Shown: positions 50,044-62,550, counted from the stretch's first letter. The stretch is 64,000 nucleotides of DNA from Camelus dromedarius (GCF_036321535.1 NC_087437.1:111416001-111480000); one strand, 5' to 3'. A program made the numbers and translations. Notes: generated by a model not told the origin, from the sequence alone.

Positions 50044-50150
50044 CCCAGGAACTGAAGTGGGAAGGACTGGCCCTTGTGGTGGGATGGGGAGTGGGGAGGG
50101 TATTTCTTGAAGGGGCAGACTTGGGTGGGATACTTCGAGGTTGCCTAAAG

Positions 50151-50364
50151 CAGGGGTAGGCATGCTTTTTCTGTAAAGGTCCAGGCAGTATATAAATTTA
50201 AGCTTCCCAGGCCACATGGTCTCTGTCACAACCAGTCACTTAAATCCCTGAATTACTGCAGCCATGACCATTACGTAAATAAACGCGTATGGCTTTATCC
50301 AAAAAGATTTTATTGACAAAAATAGGCCCAATTTGGCTCAAGGGCGGTCATTCACTGACCCCGG
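50151..50364. mobile_element. MER58A-like MITE
   Basis: caggggtaggcatgctttttctgtaaaggtccagg...ggccacatggtctctgtcacaac...gacccc. Confidence 0.85.
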
Positions 50365-51063
50365 GTCCAAGGGGACAAATGTGTCTTCATAGAGTGTGGA
50401 ATATTCTAGACCAGGTTTGGGTTTGATTGCACCTGATGCCAAGGCTCTGGGACTCACTAATTTCTGAACCCATGTCTATGAATGAGACAAAATACTTTCA
50501 ATCAGAGCTTTTTCTTTGAAAATGAGGGACATGGGATCTCACCACGTTCCTCAAATATTATTCAGAAAAATACTACAAACACACGTTATTGCACAGGCTA
50601 CTTGGAACACTCACTATCTCCTGAGATGACCTTCAGTAAGAAGGACAATGAGAGAAGGAAGAAGTCAGCTCCCTAGGGTAAACCAGACGTAGCTCACCAG
50701 AGATCGTGGGCATCTTTGTTCAGCTGTAAACTACAGAGCTGGGCTTGGTGTCCTCGCCTTACTTTTGTGTTTTATGGCTAGTCCTTTCTGCTGTCCACAA
50801 TAACGTGGACTTACACTGATGCCTCTTTCCCAACCTGCCACACAAGATATCTGGATCACAGAAAGTCATGGAGAAGGAAAAAAATTGCCAAAAAAAAATT
50901 GCCAAAAAAGATTGACAGCCAGGTGGCGCACAGTGCCAGGTTAGCAGGAACCATTGTCTGAGATTGCACTGCAAAGACTGGCTGGGCACAGGGAAAGGGC
51001 ACACGAATACATATGGGCTTGATAACTTTCATGACCTCAAAGCAACCCTGGGTAAAATCCCAT

Positions 51064-51522
51064 TATTTTGGTTTGGGTTCCCCCAGGAGCAGATCTGAGA
51101 CTGAGATTCTAGTGCAGGTAGCTTATTTAGGAGTTGATCCCAGAAAACTCTGGTAGGAGAGTGGTGACATAAGATAAGAAAGGAAGGAAGCCATTTAACT
51201 ATGTGCTATTAAGCCAGTGACTACTATGGGCTAGTGGAGCACAATTTTGCCGGCAGAATCCCAGGCAAGGGAGCTGGGGTATTGATATGCCAACCTCATC
51301 AGGCCTCCAGTGAAAGATGCTCTCAGATGCAAGGAGGAGGGGAACATTAATTCCCTGGAACATCCTTCCAGCTTGACCCATGTGTAAACAGAGCAGTCCC
51401 CAGGGGCTGGAGGTAGCCCTGGGCAGAGTCACAGGTGCTGGCTGATGGAAATTGGGCTGGTATGCAGAGAAATGGTGAGCATGGGAGAAGCGACATTCAG
51501 GGCACCAGCAGCATCTGCCATG
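51064..51522 (-). mobile_element. LTR16-like ERVL solo LTR
   Basis: ggtttgggttcccccaggagcagatctgagac..gattctagtgcaggtagcttatttaggagttgatcccagaaaac...gggcaccagcagcatctgc. Confidence 0.75.
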
Positions 51523-51594
51523 TCATCAGAGACTGCAGCCTCTTCTGAACATACAACTGAGCATAGGCTCATAAGAAAAGACACAGAGGAAATC

Positions 51595-52100
51595 TGTCAG
51601 TGTGGGCTGCATTCAGTTGCAAGTAACTGAAAATGTGACCAAATAATGGTTTAATTATATTAAAGGTTTTGGTTTTTTCACAAAACAAGGAATTCAAAGT
51701 AAGCCAGCCAGCCAGCTCTAACATGGTGGCCCCCACAATGCCATCAGAGGTACGACCTCCTTCTGTCCTGCCATCAGCCATCTTTCTTGTGTGGCTTTGA
51801 TCCTCATGTTGGTCACTAGTGGCTGTGAAATGGCAGCTCCAGACCCAGCGCCCTGTCTGTGGTCTAGGCAAGAATCAGGAGAAGGGCAAAGGTCAAGAGC
51901 TTCATGCCAGCTGAGTGAGCTCTGTTTAAAACAGCTTCCCCAGAAGCCCCACCCACCTTTTATCTCATTGGTCAGAAGTCTCTCTTCTGTAAAGACGAAT
52001 TTTAAATACGGGCACATTACTGTCCTAAACAAAACTGAAGTTCTGTTGGTAAAGACGTAGAGGACAGATGTTGGGTAGGAAACTAATGGCTTCTGCCACA
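51595..52100 (-). mobile_element. Old MaLR solo LTR (MLT1K/L-like)
   Basis: tgtcag...gcattcagttgcaagtaactgaaaa...atggcagctcc...tctcattggtcagaa...ttgggtaggaaacta..tctgccaca. Confidence 0.75.
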
Positions 52101-53387
52101 AAAGGCTGCCTCCAATATACATATACACACTTTGATGTTGACATATTAACATCTTAAGCAAAAAAAATATGTATAAGTAGCTAATCATATCCTAGAAAAC
52201 ACTACATACAGAAGTTTTGGTCTGAGGATAAAGAGAAGGAAACCTAATCTAAACAAGACAAAATTTCTTTAGGGTAGACAACTAACGAGGCAGGCTCTGT
52301 CATGGCAAATGCCATGTGATTTGTTGGACACTTGAATGAACGGCTTGTTTTGTAAGTTTGGCCCAATATTTGAATAAAGGTGGCCAGTTACTGTGAAATA
52401 GGGTGTGATGAACCCAAGCTGATGAATCAGAAGCAAGAGTGACATTTCTCTAAGGTGGGTGGGTTATTTAAGTCAATACTTGTGGCTCCTAGTTAAACAG
52501 ATTGACCTTGCATGTCTTTCTCTTCTTCCTCCCAGAACTCTATGAAAATGACAGTAGAGGGAAATTTTAAATTGTAAACCCACGAGGAGGAAAAGAATGG
52601 CACAAGAGCCGAGATAGATTACAAAGTAGATGGAGAAGCAGTACGTGACTAGTAGAGCTAGAGAAGCCCCAGATGGGAAAACAGGAGTGAGCCAGTCTCC
52701 ACCCCCAGAACCATGGAAAAGCCCAGGAAACGGAGACACCGGTGCACAGGATGTTAGAGTACGTCTCCAGGCTGAAAGAGGACAGGTTAATAGTGTACAC
52801 AGGACAGTTGAATCTCTATTTTTCCCGCCTCCATCTCCCAGACCTGAGACAGGAAATCTGTTCCCTAGAGAAATTGAACTAAAGAGGCTCTCAATACAAG
52901 GAACTAAGCAAACAGGAGGGAAATGGAGGAATGAGGTTGAAAATATGGGAACCAAGTAAATATCTATTTACAAAATTATGGAATCTTTGTATGCTTCTCA
53001 TCCTCAGAACCCTAGAAGGCAACTAAACTTTCCTCTGGAGATTTGGAAGAAAGAGTCACAGAATAAAAGACCTCCAGATATGGACACTTTGAGGTCCCCA
53101 ATTGAAAAGGCTACCTCACTGTTCCCTGACTCGACAGGGAAAACCTACCCATCAAAAAGCCCTTCCCAACACAGAGGATTTCCACTCAGCTCTTTACTAC
53201 CTCACTCAAATATGAAGAAAAGGCTGAGTATTGCCTGATGTTTGAGGAAAGCCCTCAACATTAAAGACAATACCAAAAGCAACAAACTAGGAATAAAGAC
53301 ACTGAGTCCTAGAGAAGATTTTGAATTTATGAAATAAGCTCAAGACATTATGTAAAACATCCAGAGAACAGAAAAGAGCTCTTGGGA

Positions 53388-53959
53388 TTTTTTTTTTTAA
53401 TTGTGGAAATGCACATAATACAAAATTTACCATCTTAACCTTTTCTAAGTATACAGTTCAGTGGCATTAAGTCACATTGTTGTACAACCATCACCACCAT
53501 CCAGCTGCAGAACTCTTTTCATTTTGCAAAACTGAAATATTTGTAAGATTGTTTCCTGTCTCCATTAAACAACTCCTCATTCTCCTCTCACCCCAGCCCC
53601 TGACAATCACAATTCTACTTTCACAATCATACAGTACCTGTCTTCTTGAGACTAGCTAATTTCACTTAGCATGATGTTCTCCAGGCTCATCCAGGCTGTG
53701 GCAAGTGTCAGCATTTTCTTCCTCTTTAAGGCTGAATAATATTCCGTTGTATATATACACCATCATTCACTTACCCACTCATCCATCAGTGGATCTTGGG
53801 TGGCTTCCACCTCTTGGCAGTTGTGAACAAGACTGATAAGAACATGGATAGACAAATATCTCTTCAAGACCCTGCTTTCAATTCTTTTGAGTATATAGCT
53901 AGCAGTTAAATTTCTGGAACATACATACTTTAATTTTCTGAGGAACTTCCATTCTGTTT
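53388..53959 (-). mobile_element. L1MB-like 3' end
   Basis: poly(T), then caaaatttaccatcttaacc..tatacagttcagtggcattaag; probable TSD tcttggga (53380-53387) / tcttggaa (53960-53967). Confidence 0.88.
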
Positions 53960-53999
53960 TCTTGGAAGAACTTTTTACGTAATAGAAAGTTTTAAAAGT

Positions 54000-54460
54000 A
54001 AAAGCAGCCAATCTGAAAAGGCTCCATGCTATACAATTCAAACTATATGGCATTCTGGAAAAGGCAAAACTACGGAGACAGTCAAAAGATCCGTGGTTGC
54101 CAGGAATTGGAAAGGGGAAGGGTGAATAGATGAAGCACAGAACTTTTAGAGCAGTGAAATTCATCTCTATGATACCCTGAGAATGAATAACTGTCATTAT
54201 ACATTTGTCCGACCCACAGAATGTACAATACCAAGAGTGAGCCATCATGCAAGCTCTAAACTTCAGGTGATTAGGATGTGTCAGGTGTAAGCTCAGCAGT
54301 TGCGACAAATGTACCACTCCGGGGCATGCTGATAATGGCGGGGGTGGGGCATGTGTAGGGGCAGGGTGTATATGGGAAATCTCTGTACCTTTACCTCAAT
54401 TTTGCCTCAATTTTGCTGTGAAACTTAAGCTGCTCTTTAAAAAAAAAAAAGGCTTAATAA
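54000..54460 (+). mobile_element. L1MC1-like 3' end
   Basis: gccaatctgaaaaggct...cattctggaaaaggcaaaactacggagacagt...tatgggaaatctctgtacc..ctcaattttgctgtgaa followed by an A-tail. Confidence 0.88.
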
Positions 54461-55264
54461 GAAATAAAAGATGGTGCAGGATATTTTCCTCAAAACTTAA
54501 GGAAATTAGTTTCCAAATTGAAAGGGCTCACTAAGTGGTACATGTCATCATGAAATTCCAGACTCCAGAGAGAAAGAAAGATATTAACGTTTTTAGGGAC
54601 TAGGGGGGGAATCAGACTACATTTTAAGGAATGAACTTAGAATGGCACCTTACTTCTCAATAACATCCCCTAGAAAACAAGATACCCTTAAAATTCTACA
54701 TAAAATGTTTTTCAATCTAGCAATCTGTACCCAACTAAAATATCAATCAAATATGAAGGTGGAATAAAAGCATTTGACAAATGCAAGCACTGGAAATTTT
54801 ACCTTGTAGCATATATTTTGAAGATACTGGGAGTTTTTTTTTCCTACTAAACCAAAGGGCAAACTAAGAACCAGAAGGGGATGAATCCAATCCACAGGAT
54901 TCATGAATTCAGTTAAGAGAGAGGCACGCGCAAAGGGAAGGACAATAACCACCATCCTGCTGGTTGGAAGGAGGTCAGAAGGAAGAGGGAATGAAACAAA
55001 TAAATTACAGGACATGTTTGCACATTTGTAAATTAAAGTGCTGATGGGGCAGTTGGAGGGGTTCATGGCATAGGAAGCAAATGAATAAATGAAGCAATCA
55101 TTAACTCTGGAAAAATGATTGTACAAGAAAAGAAATACATATGTGTGTAATTCTGACACTGAAAGAGTTGTAAAAACTTAGACATAATTTAAAACAACAA
55201 CTCTGAAGTATAGCTTTCAGCAAAGGAGAACTGGCATGGATAGAAAATGGCACAGACTTCCATA

Positions 55265-55470
55265 CACTGGATGGCCAATTCTGGGAGGCAGTCTGTATAC
55301 TCCTCAGAAGGTCTGGCGGGACTGAGCTGCCCTTGCCTACCTCCATGACTTTACTAATACAACTTTACGTGGTTTTGTCTTTCCTCTCTGTCTCATTCCC
55401 CCAGCGCCACCACTCCCGGTTTCTGGAACTGCATCTCAAATATACTATCTGCATCTCAAAAAAACAAACC
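55265..55470 (+). mobile_element. LTR16/33-like ERVL LTR fragment
   Basis: caattctgggaggcagtctgtatactcctcagaaggtc...ctgcatctcaaatatactatctgcatctcaaa. Confidence 0.55.
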
Positions 55471-56822
55471 CCATTTTATTCTTCTTTCCCCACTCCCTAG
55501 TTAAATCCACTCTGCAAAGGTAGTTTTTGTCCCACTATTTGAATGAAATCTAGAGCAAGTTCTCTGATTTGTAAATGTCTATGGTGGTCTTTATTAGATA
55601 ATTTAAAAGCTCCCTGGTCATTGGAAATTACAAAAATGTCTTGTTCCAGTCATTAAAATCTCTAGACCTACCTAATGCCCTCTGACTACGCAGGTCTATG
55701 GCAGGTTGCCTGCTGCAGAGGGTGGGCAGCTCAGTCTTCTGTTTCTTCTCTCTACCCTCAGCTTGCTAAGCAAATGTCCTGGCCCCTTCAGGGTGGGAGC
55801 AGAGGGAAGAAAAGAGAGGTAAAGGAGACAAGAAAGGCCTTATTTGATGAATGCTGTCATGAAATGGCTGTTTCTGAGTTGGGTGCATATTTTAAAATGA
55901 TGCCTTATTTTGAGGGATACTTTTGTGAGGGTTTTGGAGATACCTTCACTGCAACAATTCTTGGGGATTTCTCATCTGTAATTCTCTTGGCAGAGGCAAA
56001 TGCCTTTCCCCTGCTGGCCACCTACTGTTTCCTCTTCGGCTCCTGGGAATCCAGTGGTCTACCTCCCTCTTGGGGTCACCATGCCCCCTAGGCTGGCCTC
56101 TTGGATATAAGATGACCTCTCTCATGTGGGCCATCTGGCCCAGGGGATATGGAACCTCAGCCTTTGCTCTGACAAACTCTGGGAGGGCAGGGCATCCCCA
56201 GTGCCGCTACCTCTCTTGTCCTCACCACCAGAGCCACAGGGTCTCCCGTTCTAGAGTTTTCAGGAGTGATTCAGACTCCACCTACTAAGTCCCCTCAAGC
56301 TCTTGGAGATTTGCATCAGGCTCTGAGGAGACCCATTGAAGCTCCTTTCTTTAGGCTGAAGGGGAGGGAAAAGTATTTCACGCCTCCCTCCCATGTGTGT
56401 TGGTACCAGGATCCTTAGCACTCTGACAGCTCTCTCCAGAAAAATTCATCTAACCTGCAGTTTCCTAGTTTTCCACAGCCTTTCTTTATTGGCTGGAACT
56501 GGATGGTCAGCTAAGAGCAGAATCCAGTTATTGAAGACTCCATTGCAAGTCCTGCTCAGGCAGCCTCATGCCTCAGTTTGGAATATGGGAATCAGTAGCA
56601 TCTCTCATCGTGGAGATTCAGCCTAAATTGAGAGAAAAAAAAGGGGGGTGTCCCCTTTTAATATCCTATTACACACAATCTGCAACTTGGCTCAGCGATC
56701 AGCAACATTGGTAGGGTCCTTATCAGGCAAAATACTGAAGACTAATTTAACCAAAACAGATGAAGGGGCCATAATGGGATATGGGGAGCAGGGCTGAGGG
56801 AGCCACAGTTTCATCTACCCAG

Positions 56823-57290
56823 TGTGTAGCCAAGGCTCCTAGTTACAAACAGCAGACTCCACTCTGGCCCATTAAAGCAGGAAATGAAATTGTCAAATCG
56901 GGTGGCATTCCAGAATCTGCAGCAACAATGCCTAACTCACTATAGGCTGCACTGGTGGGTGCCTCACTGTCTCCAGTGCCCGAAACCCACACCACAGCCA
57001 ACACATCACACCACTGACACCCTGCACTGTGCATCAGAGGCTCACCAAAGCCAGACCCTGCACCACCCCGGGTGCCAGAAGGCTCCTCCCCCTACCTGCC
57101 CCTTTCATCATGGGCTAGCTTCGGAATCAAAACTCGAACAGGTGCAACTGACTGATGAAGTCTAAATTACATTCCTACACCCCAGCTGGAAGGGAGGCTG
57201 AGAATGCAATTTTTATGGCTTCTATCTTGGGAATGCAGGAAATGACCAGAATACGAGGAATGTTCAAAATATAACAAATGTCCATTTCTA
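56823..57290 (-). mobile_element. Very old MaLR LTR (MLT1M/N-like)
   Basis: tgtgtagccaaggctcctagttacaaacagcagactccactctggc..ttaaagcaggaaa...ccagctggaagggaggctgagaatgcaa. Confidence 0.5.
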
Positions 57291-57884
57291 GAAGTCAGCA
57301 GATAATGATGAAAACCGATAAACCCAAAAATTGCAGATAAGCATCTTAACTAGAAAAATGTTGGTCAATAACCCAAGAAACAGCTCCAGAGTTGAAAATC
57401 CTGGAAAAAGGGAAGGGAGAGGGTAGTACATTAAAGAGACAGCTGTTTTTTTCATATAAGTCATTGGGAAATGTTCAGGTTTTTTTATACCATGTGTATG
57501 TGGTACTCTGATAAATATAAACCTGTTAAATGGTCACATTTCATAAGCATCAGACTTTAAAGGTGACGCCTCTCAGATACCCCAGTGCAGCTGGTCTGGT
57601 AGAGCCACCAGCCAGATAATATGTTTTCAGCTGATCTGCCCACAGCTGCCTTCTACGGAGGGAGGTGCTGCATCTTTTGCTAACAGTCCTGCACTGGCAT
57701 AAGCAGGGAAAGAGACTGGCTTTTGCTGGATTTTTTTGTTTAATTTTTTAAAAATTTATCCATCATAAATACAAAGATCATGTTGAAGTTTAAAATTATA
57801 ATATCAAATTCACCAAACATTTCTCAATGCAGGATATTTCATTTTTCAAGGCTGTTATTTCAAAAACAGACCAGAAGAGCCCAC

Positions 57885-58056
57885 TCTGGCCTCATGTGCC
57901 AAGAGCCAGTACACAAGCGTGTGCCCCACGCAGAAGGACCCCATGCCTAGTTTACTGCTCTGCTCTTACTGTCTCAAAATTCCCAATAATTTTTTTGCAA
58001 GTGGCCCCCACATTTTCATTTGGCACTGGGTCCTGCAAACTCTATAACCAGTCTTG
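57885..58056. mobile_element. MER91A-like hAT-Tip100 MITE
   Basis: cagaaggaccccatgcctagtttactgctctgct...ggccccacattttcatttggcactgggtcctgcaaa. Confidence 0.8.
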
Positions 58057-58096
58057 CATGCACCTTAAAGTCCAGGACTAAATTTAAGGCTCAGGC

Positions 58097-58122
58097 AAAA
58101 AAAAAAAAAAAAAAAAAAAAAA
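58097..58122. repeat. A26 homopolymer
   Basis: Read directly from the sequence. Confidence 0.95.
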
Positions 58123-58171
58123 GTCAAGGTTTTAATGTATTTCTCCCCACCCCCTCTTCCTCTCTCTCCAT

Positions 58172-58308
58172 CAGAGATTCTTAATCTGAAAGCTCCTGAA
58201 ACTGTACACAAACTTTTCAATGAACATGTGGATATGCATTTTTCCTGGAGAGTTCTTGTTTTATTAAGTCCTCAAAAGTTCTGTGACCCCCCCAAAGTCA
58301 AGCAACCA
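58172..58308. mobile_element. MER103-like hAT MITE
   Basis: cagagattcttaatctg...cctgaaactgta...tgcatttttcctggagag...ctcaaaagttctgtgacccc. Confidence 0.65.
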
Positions 58309-59229
58309 CCAATTTCCATGAGCTTTGACTTTGTAGATCCTTTTTAACAACTCAGCGTAACTGTGGATTTCAGTCTTACTCTAAATGCTGTTGGTCGTAG
58401 GTAGCAAGTGAAGAACAACTACATCGTGTTCGTTCTGTAGAGGCTGAACCCTGAGCTTGAACTTCTCGTCCCTCCCTGCCAATGAGGAGGCAGAGCCAAA
58501 CAGTGGGCAAACTGCCCTGGTTTGAAATAGTTGGAAATGGCACACTGCTAGTCCGATTCTCTCCTTAGGCAAAAACGCAGGTGCTTACTTTGCAAGCAAA
58601 GTACTCGCTGTGGTGCTCCGTCTCGAAGGAGCCATTTTATTTATGTAAGGCAGCTCATCTAAAGGAAAATTCATTTGATACAGTGTGGCTTTAAGAGTTA
58701 CTTGCCTTTAATGGAATCCTCCAGATAATCATAAACTCTGAAAAAAATAACATCAAAGTGTGTTAAACCTTGGATGGGTTCCTAGAGACGGATGAGAACT
58801 GCTCCTGCAAAAAGCTTAGCGTATGTTAAAGCATTTTAGGGACAATTTGCCAAAGTTTATTTAGTCTTGTGATTTTGACAGGTTAAATGGGCCCTTTGAG
58901 ATCGTTATTCCTCAAACACACAGACTCCTTTGCTTAATTAACACAGAGTCCCAGAAGAGCAGGGGGCTGAGTCTTTGTTTTAGCATCTTGCCCAGGACCC
59001 TAGGAAAGGATTTTCCCATGAGCAAATTAGTATAGCCCATCTTCTCCCTTCCCTTTGGAGTAACGTCATCCGCAGTGTTCCGGTAAAGAAATCAAAACTC
59101 AGAGACGTTGCATAACGTGCCCAGGGCCAGAGAATGGGAAATGATGCTGTTTAACTACTAATCCAACTCTTTTCCCACTGCCGCTCCAGTCTTGAGAAAC
59201 ACTTCCCCAAATGGGTTCTCCGCAAAGTC

Positions 59230-59500
59230 TCAGACTTTAAGACTGAAAGCTGGGTGTTTCCAACAGATCTACCAGGGGCTCTGGCATCCACTCCCTAGCT
59301 GTGTGACCTTGGGTAGGTCACATGACCCTTCCATGCTCAGTGTCTTCAAGCTCACCATGGCGATAAAAATATTATCCACCTCATAGGATTGTGGTGGGAA
59401 TGAATGAGTTATTACTTGTAAAAATGGGATTTTTTAGCTCTAGCTCATAGTAAACACTCTGGTGTTTATTGTTATTATTACTATTAATAATACTATTGTA
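59230..59500 (+). mobile_element. MIR SINE
   Basis: ctagctgtgtgaccttgggtaggtcacatgaccc...cacctcataggattgtggtgggaatgaatgagtt. Confidence 0.8.
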
Positions 59501-59908
59501 ATTATCTTACACCTCAACAATATTCAAAATTATTTTTAAATAGCTTCAACAACTGACAGTACTTCAATACAAGATAATAATAAAATAAAATAAATAACTT
59601 CAGCAACTTGAAGACAAGAGCAATTAGGAGACAAGAAAGCAGAATCTTGGTGGTGTTTTGATTCACACACTTGGATGCTTAGAAAGGATGAACTCTTCTT
59701 CATTAGCCTTTTGAATTTATTTTATGTATTTCCTCACCATGTCCTTCTGCGTCTTTGATACAGCATCAAGAAGGGCTCCGGGTTGACATTGGCCGTTGGA
59801 TAGAATTGATGTATTTTAATGGACCTTGTGCCCCATCCCCACATCCACACGGTGAACATTATGATGTCATAAGCACAAAGATTCCTTGAAAATTAATTTT
59901 GTTGTGCA

Positions 59909-60305
59909 GAATACAGACATAGAACACAGACTTGTGGTTGCCAGGGGGGAAGTGGGTGGGAAGGGATAAACTGGGAGTTCGAAATTTGCAGATACTGACA
60001 GGTATATATAAAATAGATAAGTTTATACTGTGTAGCACAGGGAAGTATATTCAATATCTTGTAGTAGCTCATGGTGAAAAAGAATATGAAAATGAATACA
60101 TGTATATTCATGTATGACTGAAGAATTGTGCTGTACACCAGAAATTGGCACAACATTGTAAACTCACTGTACCTCAAAAAAAAAAGAATATGAAAACAAA
60201 TACAGGTTTATCTATGTATGACTGAAACATTATGCTGTATACCAGATATTGACACATTGTAACTGACTATAGTGCAATAAAAAAACTTTTAAAAGAAAGA
60301 AAACG
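59909..60305 (+). mobile_element. Young L1 3' UTR fragment with a doubled 3' end, bounded by a TSD
   Basis: L1 3' UTR (cagacatagaacacagacttgtggttgccagg...); TSD aattttgttgtgca at 59895-59908 and 60306-60319. Confidence 0.93.
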
Positions 60306-61884
60306 AATTTTGTTGTGCACTTGGAACAAAGTGTGGGGAGCAGAGATGTTTCCTGATAAGTCAGAGCAGCTTCATGGTCTCTGGGGAGAAGACAAACAGT
60401 ATGACCCGCTCATTTTTAATAGAGGCGTTAAAAGTAGATCAACTACTATCTCTTTAAGAAGACTTTCAAATTCACATGCACGCTCTTTCTTTGTCCAGCT
60501 GGTCAACAGCCCACACAAGTCAAGCAATGGGCAAGATTTTCAACTGGAGAAACGGTGGAGGAAGAAACTGCAAATGCTCCACCAAATTACACTTCTGTCT
60601 TCTCTCAGTTTTGATCGGAATTATCTGCACTCCCTGCCAACTGTATACTTTAACTGACATCTCAGGCACCATCTCCTAATGACAGAGCCTGTTGCTGGAG
60701 ATGGCTGCCACCTCCCTGTGATCCTGCTTGCAGGGTTCCCAGGAGATAGGCAAACTCAGCCCTCTTTCTACCGACTCTGAGCTGTGCTCTGAGGGCAATC
60801 CTAGGCAGGCAACCTGGATGGAAGTCTTCAGGGAGGATCTATTTTGGACGGGGCATTAGAAAATTAACGAGCTTCCTGTTCCTGTGGCTGACCGTTTGGC
60901 CAGACATTTCTCCCGATGGACTTCATAATAATGCAAGCTGCAACAGGGGGAAAAAAATAAAAGGAAAAGAAAGATGACCAGAATGCTATGTACAAAGAGC
61001 ATAGTCCAAACTATATGATTTAATCCCCAGCTGCATTGAGAGAGTCACTCTAAGTTTTTTGGAGACTAAATATCTGATAAGACCAGAAACCCCACTTTCT
61101 CCTCTCCCAGTCCTCTATCTCAGTACCCACAAAGAGACTCCCTGGGCTGCACTCCACACACACCCCCCTCACCGCCATACTCTGATTTTAGCATCATAGA
61201 TACCTGTGGGGCACAATTTGGTAAATAAGAAGCTTTTGGAAGAGAGAAAACCTAAAACTTTTAACTAGAGGGTGACTATAGGCTACTTAAGCTACTGGTG
61301 AAATCAGCCTTCTGGAGGGAGACAGGACAGAGGCAGGTCAAGTTGGGGAGGAAAGGCTAACATCAAAGCGACCTGTGTGGTGTTTTTTTTTTGAGTGGCT
61401 GGTTGACTTCCCCTTATATAAAGTTGTTATTCAGATTACTCGGAGAGGCCTGACAAGTGTCAAATGGAGAGCAGTCAGAAGGCGTGACTTTAATGTGCCC
61501 TGAAAAGGCAGTCATGCTTTCATCCTTTGACTTCCCGGGGCAGCAGGAACATGCAGCATGTCATGTCCCTGGATGCCCCAGACTTTGCTTTCTCAGCTGC
61601 AAAGCCCCGTTATCCAGCCATAAAGGATGCTGTTCAAGAAAGAGCTGGAGAAGTCAGACTCTCACACCAGCACGTCCAGGAGCACCAAGGGCCGTGTGGG
61701 GAAGAGAGGGTGCTGGTCTCGGTTCAGACGTGCCCTGACCTAGGTAGAGGTGCAGCTGCTGGGGACACGGGGCAGGAAGCCTTCCAGGCTTGGTCACTGA
61801 TGACTCATCCTAAGACCCAGTACTTCTCCAGACTCCATTTTCAGAGCTGATCAAGCTCTCCAAGTTTTCACCTGTCAAGCTGTT

Positions 61885-62550
61885 TAAAAAGATCAAGTCA
61901 AGATGACACACTGCTTTGCTGGGGGCTGGGGAACAGACACCTTCAAACACTGCTGCTGAGAGTGCGAATTGGTACGATCTCTGACATGGGCACCTTGGTG
62001 ATATCTAGCCAAATGAAAAAGTGCACCTGCTCTTTGACGGAGCCACCCCTCTTCTAGGATTTTATCCAGTGGGTATCTTACACGTACACAAAATGCAGTA
62101 CTGCTAGGGGATTCACAGCAGTACTGCTTGAACTGGAAAGCGATTGGAAACAACTCAAATATCCACCACTAAATGACTGGTTGTAAAAATGACGATACCT
62201 ACATGCAAAGGAAATCATGCTGCCATTAAAAATAAGACTCAGCACTGTACACTCCTATACAGAATTAGCTCCATGATAACATGAAGGGAAAAAAGAAAAT
62301 GCACAATATGGTGTGTAATATGCGACTGTTTGCACAAAGTAGATGTTTATGTAGATATATGCTCGTGTTTGCACGGAACTACTCCAAAAGTATCCAGAAG
62401 AAAGTGGCTAACTGTAGTTCCTTCTAGAGAGAAGAAACCGGTGGCTGGGAGATGGGAGAGGAGAGTGTCTCTTTGCACTATATGCCCTTTTCTATCTTTC
62501 AAGTGAGGACTGTATTCAAGTATTAATGTTTGAACTGAAAAAAAAAATAG
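61885..62550 (+). mobile_element. Ancient L1 (L1ME-like) ORF2 end and 3' UTR
   Basis: cactgctgctgagagtgcgaattggtac...ctttgac..cttctaggattttatcc...ggaaacaactcaaatatccacca. Confidence 0.75.

Larger units (their letters stand above)
52480..57525 (+). mobile_element. HAL1 (Half-L1)-like element in pieces (~52480-53387, ~54470-55200, ~57300-57525)
   Basis: ORF1-like agtttccaaattgaaagggctcac...agaatggcaccttacttctcaa...caatctagcaatctgtacccaactaaaatatcaatcaaatatgaagg; 3' end cagctgttttttcatataag...tactctgataaatataaa. Confidence 0.6.

Noticed and set aside
50878..50916. Short tandem repeat (A7-9 TTGCC)x2-3 as a CRISPR-like array
   Set aside because: No spacers; a simple slippage duplication in eukaryotic DNA
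52473..52959. Long overlapping ORFs (160 aa minus, 109 aa plus)
   Set aside because: They lie in the HAL1/L1 5' region and have no recognisable domain
53763..54317. Longest ORF in the track (184 aa)
   Set aside because: Chance read-through spanning two oppositely oriented L1 fragments
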